This document shows positions 7,312 through 16,705 of a stretch of DNA of 29,566 nucleotides, in pieces. Every line of letters begins with the position of its first letter. Within the stretch, counting starts at the first letter, position 1. The translations under genes and the position numbers were made by a program. This DNA is from an uncultured Candidatus Peribacteria bacterium (GTDB lineage Bacteria > Patescibacteriota > Gracilibacteria > UBA1369 > LOWO2-01-FULL-3): NCBI GenBank assembly GCA_964531125.1, contig CAZHDA010000002.1:1-29566 (forward strand). The letters are read 5' to 3'. The notes beneath the pieces are model-generated. The model ran no database searches, was not told the DNA's origin, and saw only the letters and a program-made list of their open reading frames with translations.

Positions 7312-8090
7312 TTTCTCGAAATTATTTTCCAATCTTTTATCGATAAGTCTTCGGGTCTCAAGTTTGGATTTATTTCCGGCGTGAGATTTTTGAAAGTGTG
7401 TGAAAGCTTTTTGCGCTTGTGGGTGAAGGCGAGTTTTGCGAGAGAGAGAATTTTTTGCGCTTCGTCGTCGGAGATTGGATCTTTGAGTGGTGTTATTTGG
7501 AGAATGGCAGACTCGACTTTTGGAGCGGGGAAAAAGTTGCCGGCCGGGACGCGTTTTATAAGTTTGGCGTTTGCGAATAGCGCTACCTGAAGAGACAGAA
7601 TGGAGTGTTTTGGTTTCTTGGAATGAAAAGGCTGAGTGATTTTATCGGCGACTTCTTTTTGAACCAAAATGGTCATTGAAACCGGTTTGTTTTTTGAATG
7701 TAAGAAGTGTGTCAGAAGTGGGGAAGTGATGTTGTAAGGAATGTTTGCGACTATCTTGTACTCAGTTTTCGGTGGAGTAAATTTGAGCGCATCCATGTGA
7801 ATGAGTTCAAAATTTTTCTGATTTGAAAAGCGTTCTTTGAGAATCGGGACGAGGTGATTGTCCAATTCGATCGAGGTGACTTTTTTGGCTTTCTTCAGCA
7901 GCTCTTCCGTGAGGACGCCGAGGCCAGGGCCTATTTCAATTATGTGATCGGTGGATTTGATATCCGCTGCGTTAATTATACTCGCGAGAATTCCGGTGTT
8001 TATTAAAAAATTTTGTCCAAATCTTTTTTTTGTAAATAAGCCTTGTGATTGTAGAAATTCAACGAGAGTTTTTTTGTCAGTAAGATTCAT
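7308..8090 (-). CDS. rsmA: 16S rRNA m6,2A1518/1519 dimethyltransferase KsgA/RsmA
   Basis: KKRFGQNFL, IEIGPGLG, IELD, VANIPYNIT, VQKEVA and FFPAPKVES. Confidence 0.97.
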   Translation of the reverse strand: MNLTDKKTLVEFLQSQGLFTKKRFGQNFLINTGILASIINAADIKSTDHIIEIGPGLGVLTEELLKKAKKVTSIELDNHLVPILKERFSNQKNFELIHMDALKFTPPKTEYKIVANIPYNITSPLLTHFLHSKNKPVSMTILVQKEVADKITQPFHSKKPKHSILSLQVALFANAKLIKRVPAGNFFPAPKVESAILQITPLKDPISDDEAQKILSLAKLAFTHKRKKLSHTFKNLTPEINPNLRPEDLSIKDWKIISRN

Positions 8091-8334
8091 CTTTTATTTT
8101 AACTAATTTTATTCGATCGGTTTTTCCTGCAATTATTGAAATCCGCTCAGTGCTTATCCCCAGTTCTTTCCCTAAAAACTTTGTCAGTTCCGTGTTTGCT
8201 TTCCCATGTTCCGGGACCGCTTTTACACGGATTTTAATGGTTCCGTCATCAAGAATTTCAACAGTCTCTGTTTTGGCTGATTTTGGAATTACTTTGATTC
8301 TGAGATAATTATTTCGCGGAATTTGAATGGTCAT
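8077..8334 (-). CDS. DUF167/YggU-family protein
   Basis: IKVIPKS...IKIRVKAVPEHGKANTELTKFL...ISIIAGKTDRIK matches the DUF167 pattern; 85 aa. Confidence 0.9.
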   Translation of the reverse strand: MTIQIPRNNYLRIKVIPKSAKTETVEILDDGTIKIRVKAVPEHGKANTELTKFLGKELGISTERISIIAGKTDRIKLVKIKDESY

Positions 8335-10102
8335 TTCGACGCTTGAGGTAACGCAATATTTCAGTTGCTATGATGATTAGGCCTATCACGAACAATCCTA
8401 TTTCCCAATCTATGAGAGATATCGTGCTTAAGCCAATGTAGTCGCTGATTATCGGAAATCCTGTGAGCAGATATATTACCAAAAATATGATAATTGCAGT
8501 AAGAGGCAGATATGGGTTTGAAGACATCTTTTTTCGGAATATGGATTTTTTGTGACTGCGAATACTATAGGCCGTGAGGATTTGCATCATTGCCAAAACG
8601 AGCAAATTAACCGTAGCTATTTTTTGTATGACACCATCGGCGATTGGCGTTTCGTTGCCAAAGATCCATCCATAGCGATATAGATTGAAAAAATAAATCA
8701 ATGTAAAGATTAGTCCGTAAAAAATTCCGTAGCGTAATATCCGGTCGGATTCAATTTTAGTATTGATTTTTTCGTATACCTGCCGCACAACTTTTTGTCC
8801 TACTTTATCCCACTTAAGCGATAATTCCAGGCTTAGGTTTATTACTAAATCAACTATCAAAAGACTTACGATCGTGAAGGGGAGGGGTGCTCCAACGACG
8901 ATGGAGGTTGCTATGCATATAAGTGCGATGATCTTGCCGATGAGCGAATGTGAGATGTATTTTTTTGCATTTAACTTGTGAGCCCTTTCTTTGATTATGC
9001 CTTGAAGTACATGTTTTAGCCCATTTCCGATTTCTTTGTTTGCTATCGCCACCGTTTCTCCGTTTTGGCGGAAATTTTCCATGATTTTGATTTTGTCCTG
9101 CTCTGAAATTTCGGCAAAAACGAAATCTTTTTCTTTGTTGGAGATTACTTTGTTGAGACGCTTTTCAGGATTTTGTTCGAGCTCTGATCCAATTATACTC
9201 TCAAAATAATTTTGGTTGATGATTCCCAGCTCCAGTCCTGCCGAGGTGGCTTGTTTTTCTTTTGCCGCTGTCGTGATATAGATTTTTACCCCTATTTCTT
9301 TCGCCAATTCAATGCTTGGCTTCAGGTCGGTATTAACCGGATTGCTTAGACCGATTATCCCCAAAAATATGAGATCATTTTCAGTGAAATTTTCAGAATA
9401 GTGATCCAGTCGTTTTAGCGGCAGGCCTTTATACGCAAACCCTATCATTTTTTGTCCGTCCCGTTCCATGTTCTTTATGAGTTTGCGAATTTTTGCTTTT
9501 TCGGCCGGATCCATCTCCATTTTTTTTCCTGAAATCGAAAACCGTGTGCATTTTTCAATCAAGCTTGATGGGTGACCTTTGGAAAAGGCAAAAATTTCCT
9601 TTGTGTCGTTTTTTATCGCCACTATTGTAGATATTTTTTTTTCCGGATCTGACGGGATTTTTTCAATAACTTCGTAGTCGGCTTCGATTTTGTGTTTGCC
9701 AAAGCCACATTCCAGGAAAAACTTGTTGATGATTTTTTCAAGTTCTGCGACTTTTTGGTAAGAGCACAGATTTCCGCAAATCGCCATGAATTCTGCATTT
9801 TTTCTGTTTTTGAGTTCCGATTTCTCCAGACGGACAGTTTCTTTTGTGTCACGATTTTCAAATTCGAAAAGTTTTTTTGTAATATCTATTTTTATGTATT
9901 CGTTTATGAGTTCGACGCTTTTTACATTGAGATCATCGCGCGTAAGTGTGCCGGTCAGATCACTGCAAATAATTGTTGTGTTGGCCAGATGTGGATCATG
10001 TGTCCCAAAGATATTTCCAAAATAACGAATAAGTATCAGGCTTATTGGCGTGCCTGCAAACAGAATTATCAGTAATGTATTGATGATGTTTATTTCCGTC
10101 AT
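8309..10102 (-). CDS. Truncated, catalytically degenerate type II P-type ATPase homolog (TM4 + P/N domains + TM5-10; no actuator domain)
   Basis: TTIICSDLTGTLT in place of DKTGT, FSKGHP, LIFLGIIGLSNP in place of DPPR, ITTAAK in place of TGDN, GDGxND segment deleted, C-terminal hydrophobic helices retained; uninterrupted 597-aa ORF. Confidence 0.85.
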   Translation of the reverse strand: MTEINIINTLLIILFAGTPISLILIRYFGNIFGTHDPHLANTTIICSDLTGTLTRDDLNVKSVELINEYIKIDITKKLFEFENRDTKETVRLEKSELKNRKNAEFMAICGNLCSYQKVAELEKIINKFFLECGFGKHKIEADYEVIEKIPSDPEKKISTIVAIKNDTKEIFAFSKGHPSSLIEKCTRFSISGKKMEMDPAEKAKIRKLIKNMERDGQKMIGFAYKGLPLKRLDHYSENFTENDLIFLGIIGLSNPVNTDLKPSIELAKEIGVKIYITTAAKEKQATSAGLELGIINQNYFESIIGSELEQNPEKRLNKVISNKEKDFVFAEISEQDKIKIMENFRQNGETVAIANKEIGNGLKHVLQGIIKERAHKLNAKKYISHSLIGKIIALICIATSIVVGAPLPFTIVSLLIVDLVINLSLELSLKWDKVGQKVVRQVYEKINTKIESDRILRYGIFYGLIFTLIYFFNLYRYGWIFGNETPIADGVIQKIATVNLLVLAMMQILTAYSIRSHKKSIFRKKMSSNPYLPLTAIIIFLVIYLLTGFPIISDYIGLSTISLIDWEIGLFVIGLIIIATEILRYLKRRNDHSNSAK

Positions 10103-10106
10103 GTGG

Positions 10107-10754
10107 TTATTTTAGTTTGGAGTTACGCCATTTTTCGATTTTTTCGTGATGTCCGGAGAGTAGAATTTCCGGGACTGATTTGCCTTTAAAAACGGCTGGG
10201 CGTGTGTAGTGCGGGTATTCTTTTTTTCTCTTTAGTGATTTTGAAAATGAATCTTCAAGGTGTGACGCTTTTTTCCCAAGAACTCCAGGGATGAGGCGAG
10301 AGACACTATCTACCAATATCATCGCAGGAAGCTCACCACCGGTTAAAACATATTCTCCGATCGAAATTTCTTCATCAACCATCAAATCGCAAATTCGTTG
10401 ATCAATTCCTTCATAACGACCACAGATCAAAATAATTCCCTTTGGTTTTTTTGCCAGTTTCTCAACTTTGATTTGTGTCAATGTTTTGCCCTGAGGCGTG
10501 AGATAAATCACCGGTCCTTTGTTTAGTTTTTTTACGGCTTTGATAGAATCGTATAGTGGCTGCGGGGTCATGACCATTCCGGCGCCACCTCCAAATGGGA
10601 CATCATCAACCTTACGATGTTTGTCTTTGGAATATTTGCGAATATCGTGAATTACAACGCTAATCAGCTTCTTCGAGATAGCGCGTTTTATAATGCTCTC
10701 TTTCAGATATGAGTCAAAAATTTCCGGAAAAATGGTGAGAATATCAAAGCGCAT
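10107..10754 (-). CDS. trmD: tRNA (guanine37-N1)-methyltransferase
   Basis: MRFDILTIFPE, VDDVPFGGGAGMVM, ICGRYEGIDQR, ISIGEYVLTGGE, EYPHYTRP and VPEILLSGHH. Confidence 0.99.
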   Translation of the reverse strand: MRFDILTIFPEIFDSYLKESIIKRAISKKLISVVIHDIRKYSKDKHRKVDDVPFGGGAGMVMTPQPLYDSIKAVKKLNKGPVIYLTPQGKTLTQIKVEKLAKKPKGIILICGRYEGIDQRICDLMVDEEISIGEYVLTGGELPAMILVDSVSRLIPGVLGKKASHLEDSFSKSLKRKKEYPHYTRPAVFKGKSVPEILLSGHHEKIEKWRNSKLK

Positions 10755-13282
10755 TATTGAACGAATTTATTTATGATGTTTTTAATTCCCGGGACGAGAA
10801 ATGCCGTGGAGGCAAGCAAGAGTAAAACAATCCACTCATATGGGTCAAGCGGTGTTGTTTCGAAAATTTTCTGCATGAATGGAGTGTACACCATTATTAA
10901 TTGAAGTATCAGGGAAATAATTACCGCAAGGACCAGTGAATGATTTGTGAAAATCGTTTTGAAATTAAGCTTTTTTTCGCTTTGGCAAACAAATGCAAAG
11001 AGAAGTTCAAATAGCACGATTTCCGTAAAAACCATTGTTCTTGCGTGTTCGATGTCATGGAAAGTGAGGCCATAAAAATAACTTATTGATGTTGCGATGG
11101 TTGTTACCACTATTGTTGAAATAATAAAGCCTTTGAATTTTTTTATTATATTTTCTTCTTTTGGTCGCGGTTTTTCAGTCATGCTTCCTGTTTCGCCCGG
11201 AGAGTTTCCTAGCGCGAGTGCCGGTAAAGCGTCGGTCGCAATATTGATCCAGAGTATTTGAAGTGGGATTAACGGCATTGGATGACCAAAAATAGTTAAA
11301 AGGCCGACGATGACGATCGTGTCGAAATTTACCGAAATCATATATTTTATGAACGCCAGAATATTTTTGTAAATGCGTCTTCCTTCTTCAATTGTCGCTA
11401 CAATCGTGGAAAAATTGTCATCTTTTAAAACGATGTCAGCGACTTCTTTTGTGGCTTCCGTGCCTTTTATGCCCATGGCTATTCCAACATCAGCGTGTCT
11501 GAGCGCTGGAGCGTCATTTACTCCATCTCCCGTGACGGCTACTATTTCTTTATTCCTTTTTAAGATATTGACTATGCGGTATTTGTGTATAGGTGATGTG
11601 CGTGCGAAGACATCGGTTTCGTAAATGCGTTTTTTTAGTTCCGAATCTGACATTTTATCTATTTCCTCTCCTGTGGTGACGCGGACCGTTTTTAGCCCTA
11701 TTTTTTCGGCTATGGCACGGGCAGTGAACGGATTGTCTCCGGTTATGATCTTTATCATGATACCGGCTTCTATTGCGATTCTAATTGATTCCGCCACTGT
11801 GTCACGGGGAGGGTCCAGCATGGCCACCAGTCCGACAAAAACCAATTTTTCTTCATCAAAAATGCCGGTCCAATCCTTGAAGGCTATGGCTAAAACGCGC
11901 AACGCGTCGGTTGCATAATTTTTGTTTTGAGCTGCAAGTTTTTTTCTGTCCAGCGTTGTAATTTTTCTGATTTTCCCATTGATCATGATTCGATCACACC
12001 TCTTTATTATTTCTTCAAAGGCTCCTTTTGCGAAAATCTCTTTTTTACCTTCTACGCTATGAAGAGTGCTCATCATTTTTCTTTCAGAACTGAATGTTTG
12101 TTCGTCCAGTTTTTTGTGGCTAGCTGTTTTTCCGCTTTTTAGAGCCAAAATTTTGAGTGCGATTTCAGTGGGATCGCCGAGCGGATTTTTTTCCACGAAG
12201 GCATTGTTGCAATTCTCGGCGATCTCAATAAGTCGTTTTTCGTTGAGATTTCTGATTTGAAATTTTTCTGTCGCGTTATATCCGACTCCTTCAATTTTCC
12301 TATCTTCAAAATTCGTGTAGATTCCCGTCACCGTCATTTCGTTCAGAGTTAGTGTGCCGGTTTTGTCGCTGCAAATTACGGTTGTGGCTCCTAAAGTTTC
12401 GATGGAATTCATTTTTCTGACTATGGCATTTTTTGCAGATAAGATTTGAACGCCCATGGCCAAAGTCAAAGTCACTATTATTGGCATTCCTTCCGGAATA
12501 GCGGAAACACCCAAAGCCACAGAAGTCATGAACATTTCAACGACTGAAATCTCTCTTATAAATCCTATAATGAAAATTATAAGTGAAATTGAAACAATTA
12601 GGATCGCCAGTTTTTTGCCAAGATTGTTTAGCTGAAGATTGAGAGGGGAGTCCGACTTCTCGGCTTTTGATACAAGTTTTACTATTTTGTCGAATGAAGT
12701 GTTTTTGCCCGTGGCCGTGACTTTGGCGGCGCAGCGCCCGGATGTTATGATTGTCCCTTTAAATAAAAGGTTCTCTTTGTTTTTCCCTTTGGCAGATTTT
12801 TGTGTAGTCGCTGATTCGCCGGTAAGCGCGGATTCGTCAACTTGGAGCGAAAAGCTTTCTATGATTTCCATATCGGCCGGAATTTTGTCTCCTTCCGAGA
12901 GTAAAACAATGTCATCAGGTACAAGTTCCCTGGACGGAATTTCGGTCTTTTTTCCGTCGCGCAGGACGATTGTTCTTGAGATAACCATCTTTTTTAGAGA
13001 TGCAACTGCGTTTTCCGCTTTATACTCCTGAATAAATCCAATCAATGCATTTATCAGAACCACGCCAAAAATCGCCATGCTATTCGTATATTCCTTTAGA
13101 AAAATCGATATGATGCCCGTAATTATAAGGATCACGATCAATAGTGATCCAAATTGCGAAGCCAGAATTTTAAGCCACTGGAAGTGTTTTTTGATTATGA
13201 TTTCATTGTAGCCGAATTTGGCCAAACGGCTTTTTACTTCAGCAGTCGAAAGACCCTTTTCTAAGTATAAGGAACTTTTCAT
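10754..13282 (-). CDS. Type II (Ca2+-ATPase-like) cation-transporting P-type ATPase
   Basis: All catalytic motifs are intact: LTGES, PEGMP, CSDKTGTLT, KGAFE, DPPR, ITGDN, TGDGVNDAP, TM6 WINIATD; 842 aa. The transported ion is inferred. Confidence 0.96.
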   Translation of the reverse strand: MKSSLYLEKGLSTAEVKSRLAKFGYNEIIIKKHFQWLKILASQFGSLLIVILIITGIISIFLKEYTNSMAIFGVVLINALIGFIQEYKAENAVASLKKMVISRTIVLRDGKKTEIPSRELVPDDIVLLSEGDKIPADMEIIESFSLQVDESALTGESATTQKSAKGKNKENLLFKGTIITSGRCAAKVTATGKNTSFDKIVKLVSKAEKSDSPLNLQLNNLGKKLAILIVSISLIIFIIGFIREISVVEMFMTSVALGVSAIPEGMPIIVTLTLAMGVQILSAKNAIVRKMNSIETLGATTVICSDKTGTLTLNEMTVTGIYTNFEDRKIEGVGYNATEKFQIRNLNEKRLIEIAENCNNAFVEKNPLGDPTEIALKILALKSGKTASHKKLDEQTFSSERKMMSTLHSVEGKKEIFAKGAFEEIIKRCDRIMINGKIRKITTLDRKKLAAQNKNYATDALRVLAIAFKDWTGIFDEEKLVFVGLVAMLDPPRDTVAESIRIAIEAGIMIKIITGDNPFTARAIAEKIGLKTVRVTTGEEIDKMSDSELKKRIYETDVFARTSPIHKYRIVNILKRNKEIVAVTGDGVNDAPALRHADVGIAMGIKGTEATKEVADIVLKDDNFSTIVATIEEGRRIYKNILAFIKYMISVNFDTIVIVGLLTIFGHPMPLIPLQILWINIATDALPALALGNSPGETGSMTEKPRPKEENIIKKFKGFIISTIVVTTIATSISYFYGLTFHDIEHARTMVFTEIVLFELLFAFVCQSEKKLNFKTIFTNHSLVLAVIISLILQLIMVYTPFMQKIFETTPLDPYEWIVLLLLASTAFLVPGIKNIINKFVQ

Positions 13283-13289
13283 CAGGTTG

Positions 13290-13318
13290 ATTCTACCAGA
13301 TTTCTAACGCTTGCTGAA
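13290..13318 (-). promoter_or_regulatory. Candidate extended -10, leaderless promoter for the ATPase-trmD cluster
   Basis: TGgTAGAAT (13298-13290) lies exactly 7 nt before ATG 13282, with a weak -35 TTCAGC at 17-nt spacing. Confidence 0.4.
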
Positions 13319-13774
13319 TTGTGGAGCACGACGGGCACGGTGTAGACCGAACTTCTTGCGCTCTTTGATGCGTGAGTCACGAGTAAGCATGCCTACGCGC
13401 TTTAGAGTAGGTTTCGAAAGTGGATCCGCTTCGATTAGTGCTTTTGAAACTCCATGGCATACCGCGTCGGCTTGTGAACTGATGCCTCCGCCTATAACTT
13501 TTGCGCTGATATCGTACTTATTTTCCACGCCTGTTAGTTTGAGAGGGGATCTGACAACGCCAACCAATGTTTTGATCGGAAAATATTCATTTACCGGGCG
13601 GCCGTTGATCTTTATCTCCCCGCTGCCTTTTGAAAGGTAAACTTTAGCTATAGATGTTTTTCTTTTGCCTTTAGCGTAAAAATACTTGCCACTGATTCTT
13701 GTCGGAGTATCAATTTGCGGCTCTGATTTTACTTTTGCTGATTTTTTTGTGGCGGTAGCTTTTTTTGTAGGCAT
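13304..13774 (-). CDS. rpsI: 30S ribosomal protein S9 with Lys-rich N-terminal extension
   Basis: GKRKTSIAKV, GGGISSQADA, LTRDSRIKERKKFGL and RAPQFSKR. Confidence 0.99.
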   Translation of the reverse strand: MPTKKATATKKSAKVKSEPQIDTPTRISGKYFYAKGKRKTSIAKVYLSKGSGEIKINGRPVNEYFPIKTLVGVVRSPLKLTGVENKYDISAKVIGGGISSQADAVCHGVSKALIEADPLSKPTLKRVGMLTRDSRIKERKKFGLHRARRAPQFSKR

Positions 13775-13783
13775 TTTTTAAAA

Positions 13784-14209
13784 TTAAATTTCCAATTTAA
13801 CAGGTTTCTGAGATTCATGCGGGTGTGATTCGCCGGCGTAAATGAAAAGTTTTTCCATGAAACGCGGACGAAGTTTGTTTTTTGGTAGCATGCCGTATAC
13901 GGCCAATTTAAGAGGTTTATCCGGGGTCTTTGCTTTTAATTCGGAATAAGATGTTTCGCTGATGTGTCCCAAAAAACCTGTGTGGGTGTAGTATTTCTTG
14001 TCCAAGTCTTTTTTCCCTGTTACTCGGATTTTATCTGCGTTGATTACGATAATGAAATCTCCACAATCGATATGCGGCGTGAAGATTGGTTTGTCTTTTC
14101 CGCGCAATTTATTTGCGATAGTCGGAGCAAGACGGCCCAAAACTTTGTCCGTGGCGTCGATCAAGTACCATTTCTTTTCGTCGGTTTTTTTAGCAATAGT
14201 TGTTTTCAT
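13784..14209 (-). CDS. rplM: 50S ribosomal protein L13
   Basis: WYLIDAT..LGRLA, LRGKDKPIFTPHIDCGD and VYGMLPKN. Confidence 0.99.
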   Translation of the reverse strand: MKTTIAKKTDEKKWYLIDATDKVLGRLAPTIANKLRGKDKPIFTPHIDCGDFIIVINADKIRVTGKKDLDKKYYTHTGFLGHISETSYSELKAKTPDKPLKLAVYGMLPKNKLRPRFMEKLFIYAGESHPHESQKPVKLEI

Positions 14210-14216
14210 TTGAATG

Positions 14217-14573
14217 TTAGATCAATTCGAGTTGAACTACCGGAGCGTTGTCGCCGCTGCGATAGCCAAGCTTTGTAATACGTGTGTAGCCTGAAGTCTT
14301 GTCTTTGTATTTATCAACCAAAACTTCAAGAATCTTTTTTGAACTGTTTGGATGTTGAATCAACTTCTCGAGCTCGCGAATTGCCGACCTCTTGTCCTTT
14401 TTGCTCTTTGCGATGTTTATAAGGCGTTCAACGAATGGCTGAACGGCTTTTGCCTTTGCTTCAGTCGTCTTTATTTTATCGTATATAATCACGGACATGG
14501 CCAGATTTCGCATTAATGAAGTGCGATGATCTTTGTCTATACCAATCCGGATTTTTTTAACGCGATGTCTCAT
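14217..14573 (-). CDS. rplQ: 50S ribosomal protein L17
   Basis: MRHR...HRTSLMRNLA, IKTTEAKAK and GYTRITKLGYRSGDNA. Confidence 0.99.
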   Translation of the reverse strand: MRHRVKKIRIGIDKDHRTSLMRNLAMSVIIYDKIKTTEAKAKAVQPFVERLINIAKSKKDKRSAIRELEKLIQHPNSSKKILEVLVDKYKDKTSGYTRITKLGYRSGDNAPVVQLELI

Positions 14574-14606
14574 AATTGATTTTGGGCGCCTATATTAGTG
14601 ATTAAT

Positions 14607-15581
14607 TTATTCTTCCGCAAGTGAATGTCCTTTCTTTTCCAAAGCTGTTCTTACTTCGGTCAAAGCTTTCTTTCCGAAACCGCGGAGGTTTGCCAATTTA
14701 CTCTCTGTGCATTTGGAAAGTTGTTCTATAGATCCTATTCCGCCGTTTATCAAAGCATTCAAAGTGCGCGGAGAGAAGCCCAGAATTTCGATAGGAGTGT
14801 AGGATTCCTGATTTGGGCGGCTGGACTGAGCGGCCTGCTCTTTTTCCATAATGGTCTTTATATCGGACATGAATTCCTTTTCAACCATGACGTTTTCCAT
14901 GTTGAAAAGATTGAAATAAGACTGAAGAACGTTTGAGGAAAATTTCAGAGCGTCCTCAGGGCTGATTGCGCCATTGGTTTTGATTTCCAAGGTCAGCTTG
15001 TCGAGATTTGTCATCTGGCCCACACGGGTTGCCTCCACATCAAAACGGACTTTTTCAACCGGAGTGTAGATGGCGTCAATAAGGATAACATTTACTTCTG
15101 TTTCGTCTCTTTCACGAACACTTACCGGAACATAGCCCACGCCTTTCTCAACCCTCATTTCAATTTTTACCTTAGTGCCTTTTTCCGCTGTCAAAATATG
15201 TTGTTCAGGATTCAAGATTTCCACATCAGAAGGGCAGCTTATGTCTTTCGCGGTAATTTCTCCGCCTTTTGAGGTTTCCAAAGTAATGGTGGAAACATCT
15301 TTGGTGGTTTTTCTGATGTTTACGAGTTTGAGATTCAAAATTACATCGAGAACGCTTTCTTTTACGCCCTTTATCGTGGAATATTCGTGGTTAATCCCGG
15401 GAATTTTGATAGCCGTGATACATGCTCCCGGCAATGAAGAAAGAAGAACTCTGCGGGAGGCGTTTCCAAGGGTAACTCCGTAGCCGGTAGGCAAAGGACT
15501 GATCGTGAAGATTGCATGATCATCAGCAATCTTATCAGTTTTAATTTTCGGAATACCGATTTCTTCTTGGATTTGATGCAT
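14607..15581 (-). CDS. rpoA: RNA polymerase alpha subunit
   Basis: PLPTGYGVTLGNASRRVLLSSLPG, HEYSTIKGVKE, IDAIYTPV and the alphaCTD SPRTLNAL...LRGFGKK. Confidence 0.99.
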   Translation of the reverse strand: MHQIQEEIGIPKIKTDKIADDHAIFTISPLPTGYGVTLGNASRRVLLSSLPGACITAIKIPGINHEYSTIKGVKESVLDVILNLKLVNIRKTTKDVSTITLETSKGGEITAKDISCPSDVEILNPEQHILTAEKGTKVKIEMRVEKGVGYVPVSVRERDETEVNVILIDAIYTPVEKVRFDVEATRVGQMTNLDKLTLEIKTNGAISPEDALKFSSNVLQSYFNLFNMENVMVEKEFMSDIKTIMEKEQAAQSSRPNQESYTPIEILGFSPRTLNALINGGIGSIEQLSKCTESKLANLRGFGKKALTEVRTALEKKGHSLAEE

Positions 15582-15611
15582 TTTGATGCGGTTTATGTGG
15601 TAAGAGGGGTT

Positions 15612-16220
15612 TTATTTTGAATAGAACTCTACGATCATCTTGCTGTCAATACCTTGCTCGACATCAGTTTCATCGGGCATACCGACAACTTCGATGGAAG
15701 GGTTCTTGTAGTCAACTTTAAGCCACTTTGGCGGATTGAATTTCTTTTCGGCCAAAGCGCTAAATAGAGGGCTCTTTTGAGAACGATCTTTGATTTTAAT
15801 CTTGATTCCCTCTTTAACCGCGAATGACGGTACTGTGACGCGACGATCGGCAATTTTGAAATGACCGTGGCCAACCATTTGGCGGGCCTGACGCCTTGTC
15901 TCGGCAAAACCGGAACGATAGACGACATTGTCCAAACGGGTTTCGAGCAATTGCAACATCATAAAACCTGTAACACCCTTGGTTTTTTCAGCGATCTTAT
16001 AATACTTGTGAAATTGTCTTTCCGTAATTCCGAAAATTCTCTTTGCTTTCTGCTTTTCACGAAGCTGTTTTCCATATTCAGAAAGTTTTCCCATTGATGA
16101 GGAGTTTCCGTGAACGCCCGGTTTGTAATTCCTGCGCAACAGAGCACACTTTTTTGAGCCGCAGATGGAGACTCCTTCGCGACGACATAATTTACAAGCT
16201 GATCCTGTGTATCTAGACAT
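15612..16220 (-). CDS. rpsD: 30S ribosomal protein S4 (zinc-binding C+ form)
   Basis: CKLCRREG...C...C, QLREKQK, LETRLDNVVYR and ARQMVGHGH. Confidence 0.99.
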   Translation of the reverse strand: MSRYTGSACKLCRREGVSICGSKKCALLRRNYKPGVHGNSSSMGKLSEYGKQLREKQKAKRIFGITERQFHKYYKIAEKTKGVTGFMMLQLLETRLDNVVYRSGFAETRRQARQMVGHGHFKIADRRVTVPSFAVKEGIKIKIKDRSQKSPLFSALAEKKFNPPKWLKVDYKNPSIEVVGMPDETDVEQGIDSKMIVEFYSK

Positions 16221-16231
16221 AGTTTAGTTAT

Positions 16232-16699
16232 TTATATACGACGGGCTTTTCTGTGACGGCAGCCATTGTGGGGGATAGGTGTCACATCTGTGATTGAAAT
16301 AATATCCAAGCCTCCGGCTGTAAGGCCACGGATGGCTTGCTCGCGGCCGTTACCGACTCCGCTTATGTAAATAGTAACCTTTTCAAGACCGAAAACCTTG
16401 CCTTTTTCCGCCGCTTTTTCGGCTGCAACCTGTGCGGCGTACGGAGTGGATTTTCTTGTTCCTTTGAATCCGCTTGAGCCGGCGCTGGACCATGCTATTA
16501 CATTTCCGTTTGGTTCGGTCAGCGTGACAATAGTGTTGTTGTATGAAGCTTGAATATAAGCATTTCCCTGAGGAACATGTCGGCGTTTTCCTTTTTTTGC
16601 AGGCTTAGCCGCCGGTTTTTTGTCCGTGGATTCGGTTTTTGCTTTTTCCGCTTTTTCTTGCGGTTTCGCGGCCTTTTTTTTAGCTTTTTCCTCGGTCAT
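16232..16699 (-). CDS. rpsK: 30S ribosomal protein S11 with Lys/Ala-rich N-terminal extension
   Basis: [28 protein letters not shown] and [11 protein letters not shown]. Confidence 0.99.
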   Translation of the reverse strand: MTEEKAKKKAAKPQEKAEKAKTESTDKKPAAKPAKKGKRRHVPQGNAYIQASYNNTIVTLTEPNGNVIAWSSAGSSGFKGTRKSTPYAAQVAAEKAAEKGKVFGLEKVTIYISGVGNGREQAIRGLTAGGLDIISITDVTPIPHNGCRHRKARRI

Positions 16700-16705
16700 T
16701 ATAAT

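Noticed and set aside
8309-10102. Calling the degenerate ATPase a simple pseudogene or frameshifted fragment
   Set aside because: There are no stops or frameshifts in 597 codons despite heavy divergence, and the upstream DNA is an intact trmD rather than remnants of the missing A-domain. It is kept as a CDS, though decay is not fully excluded.
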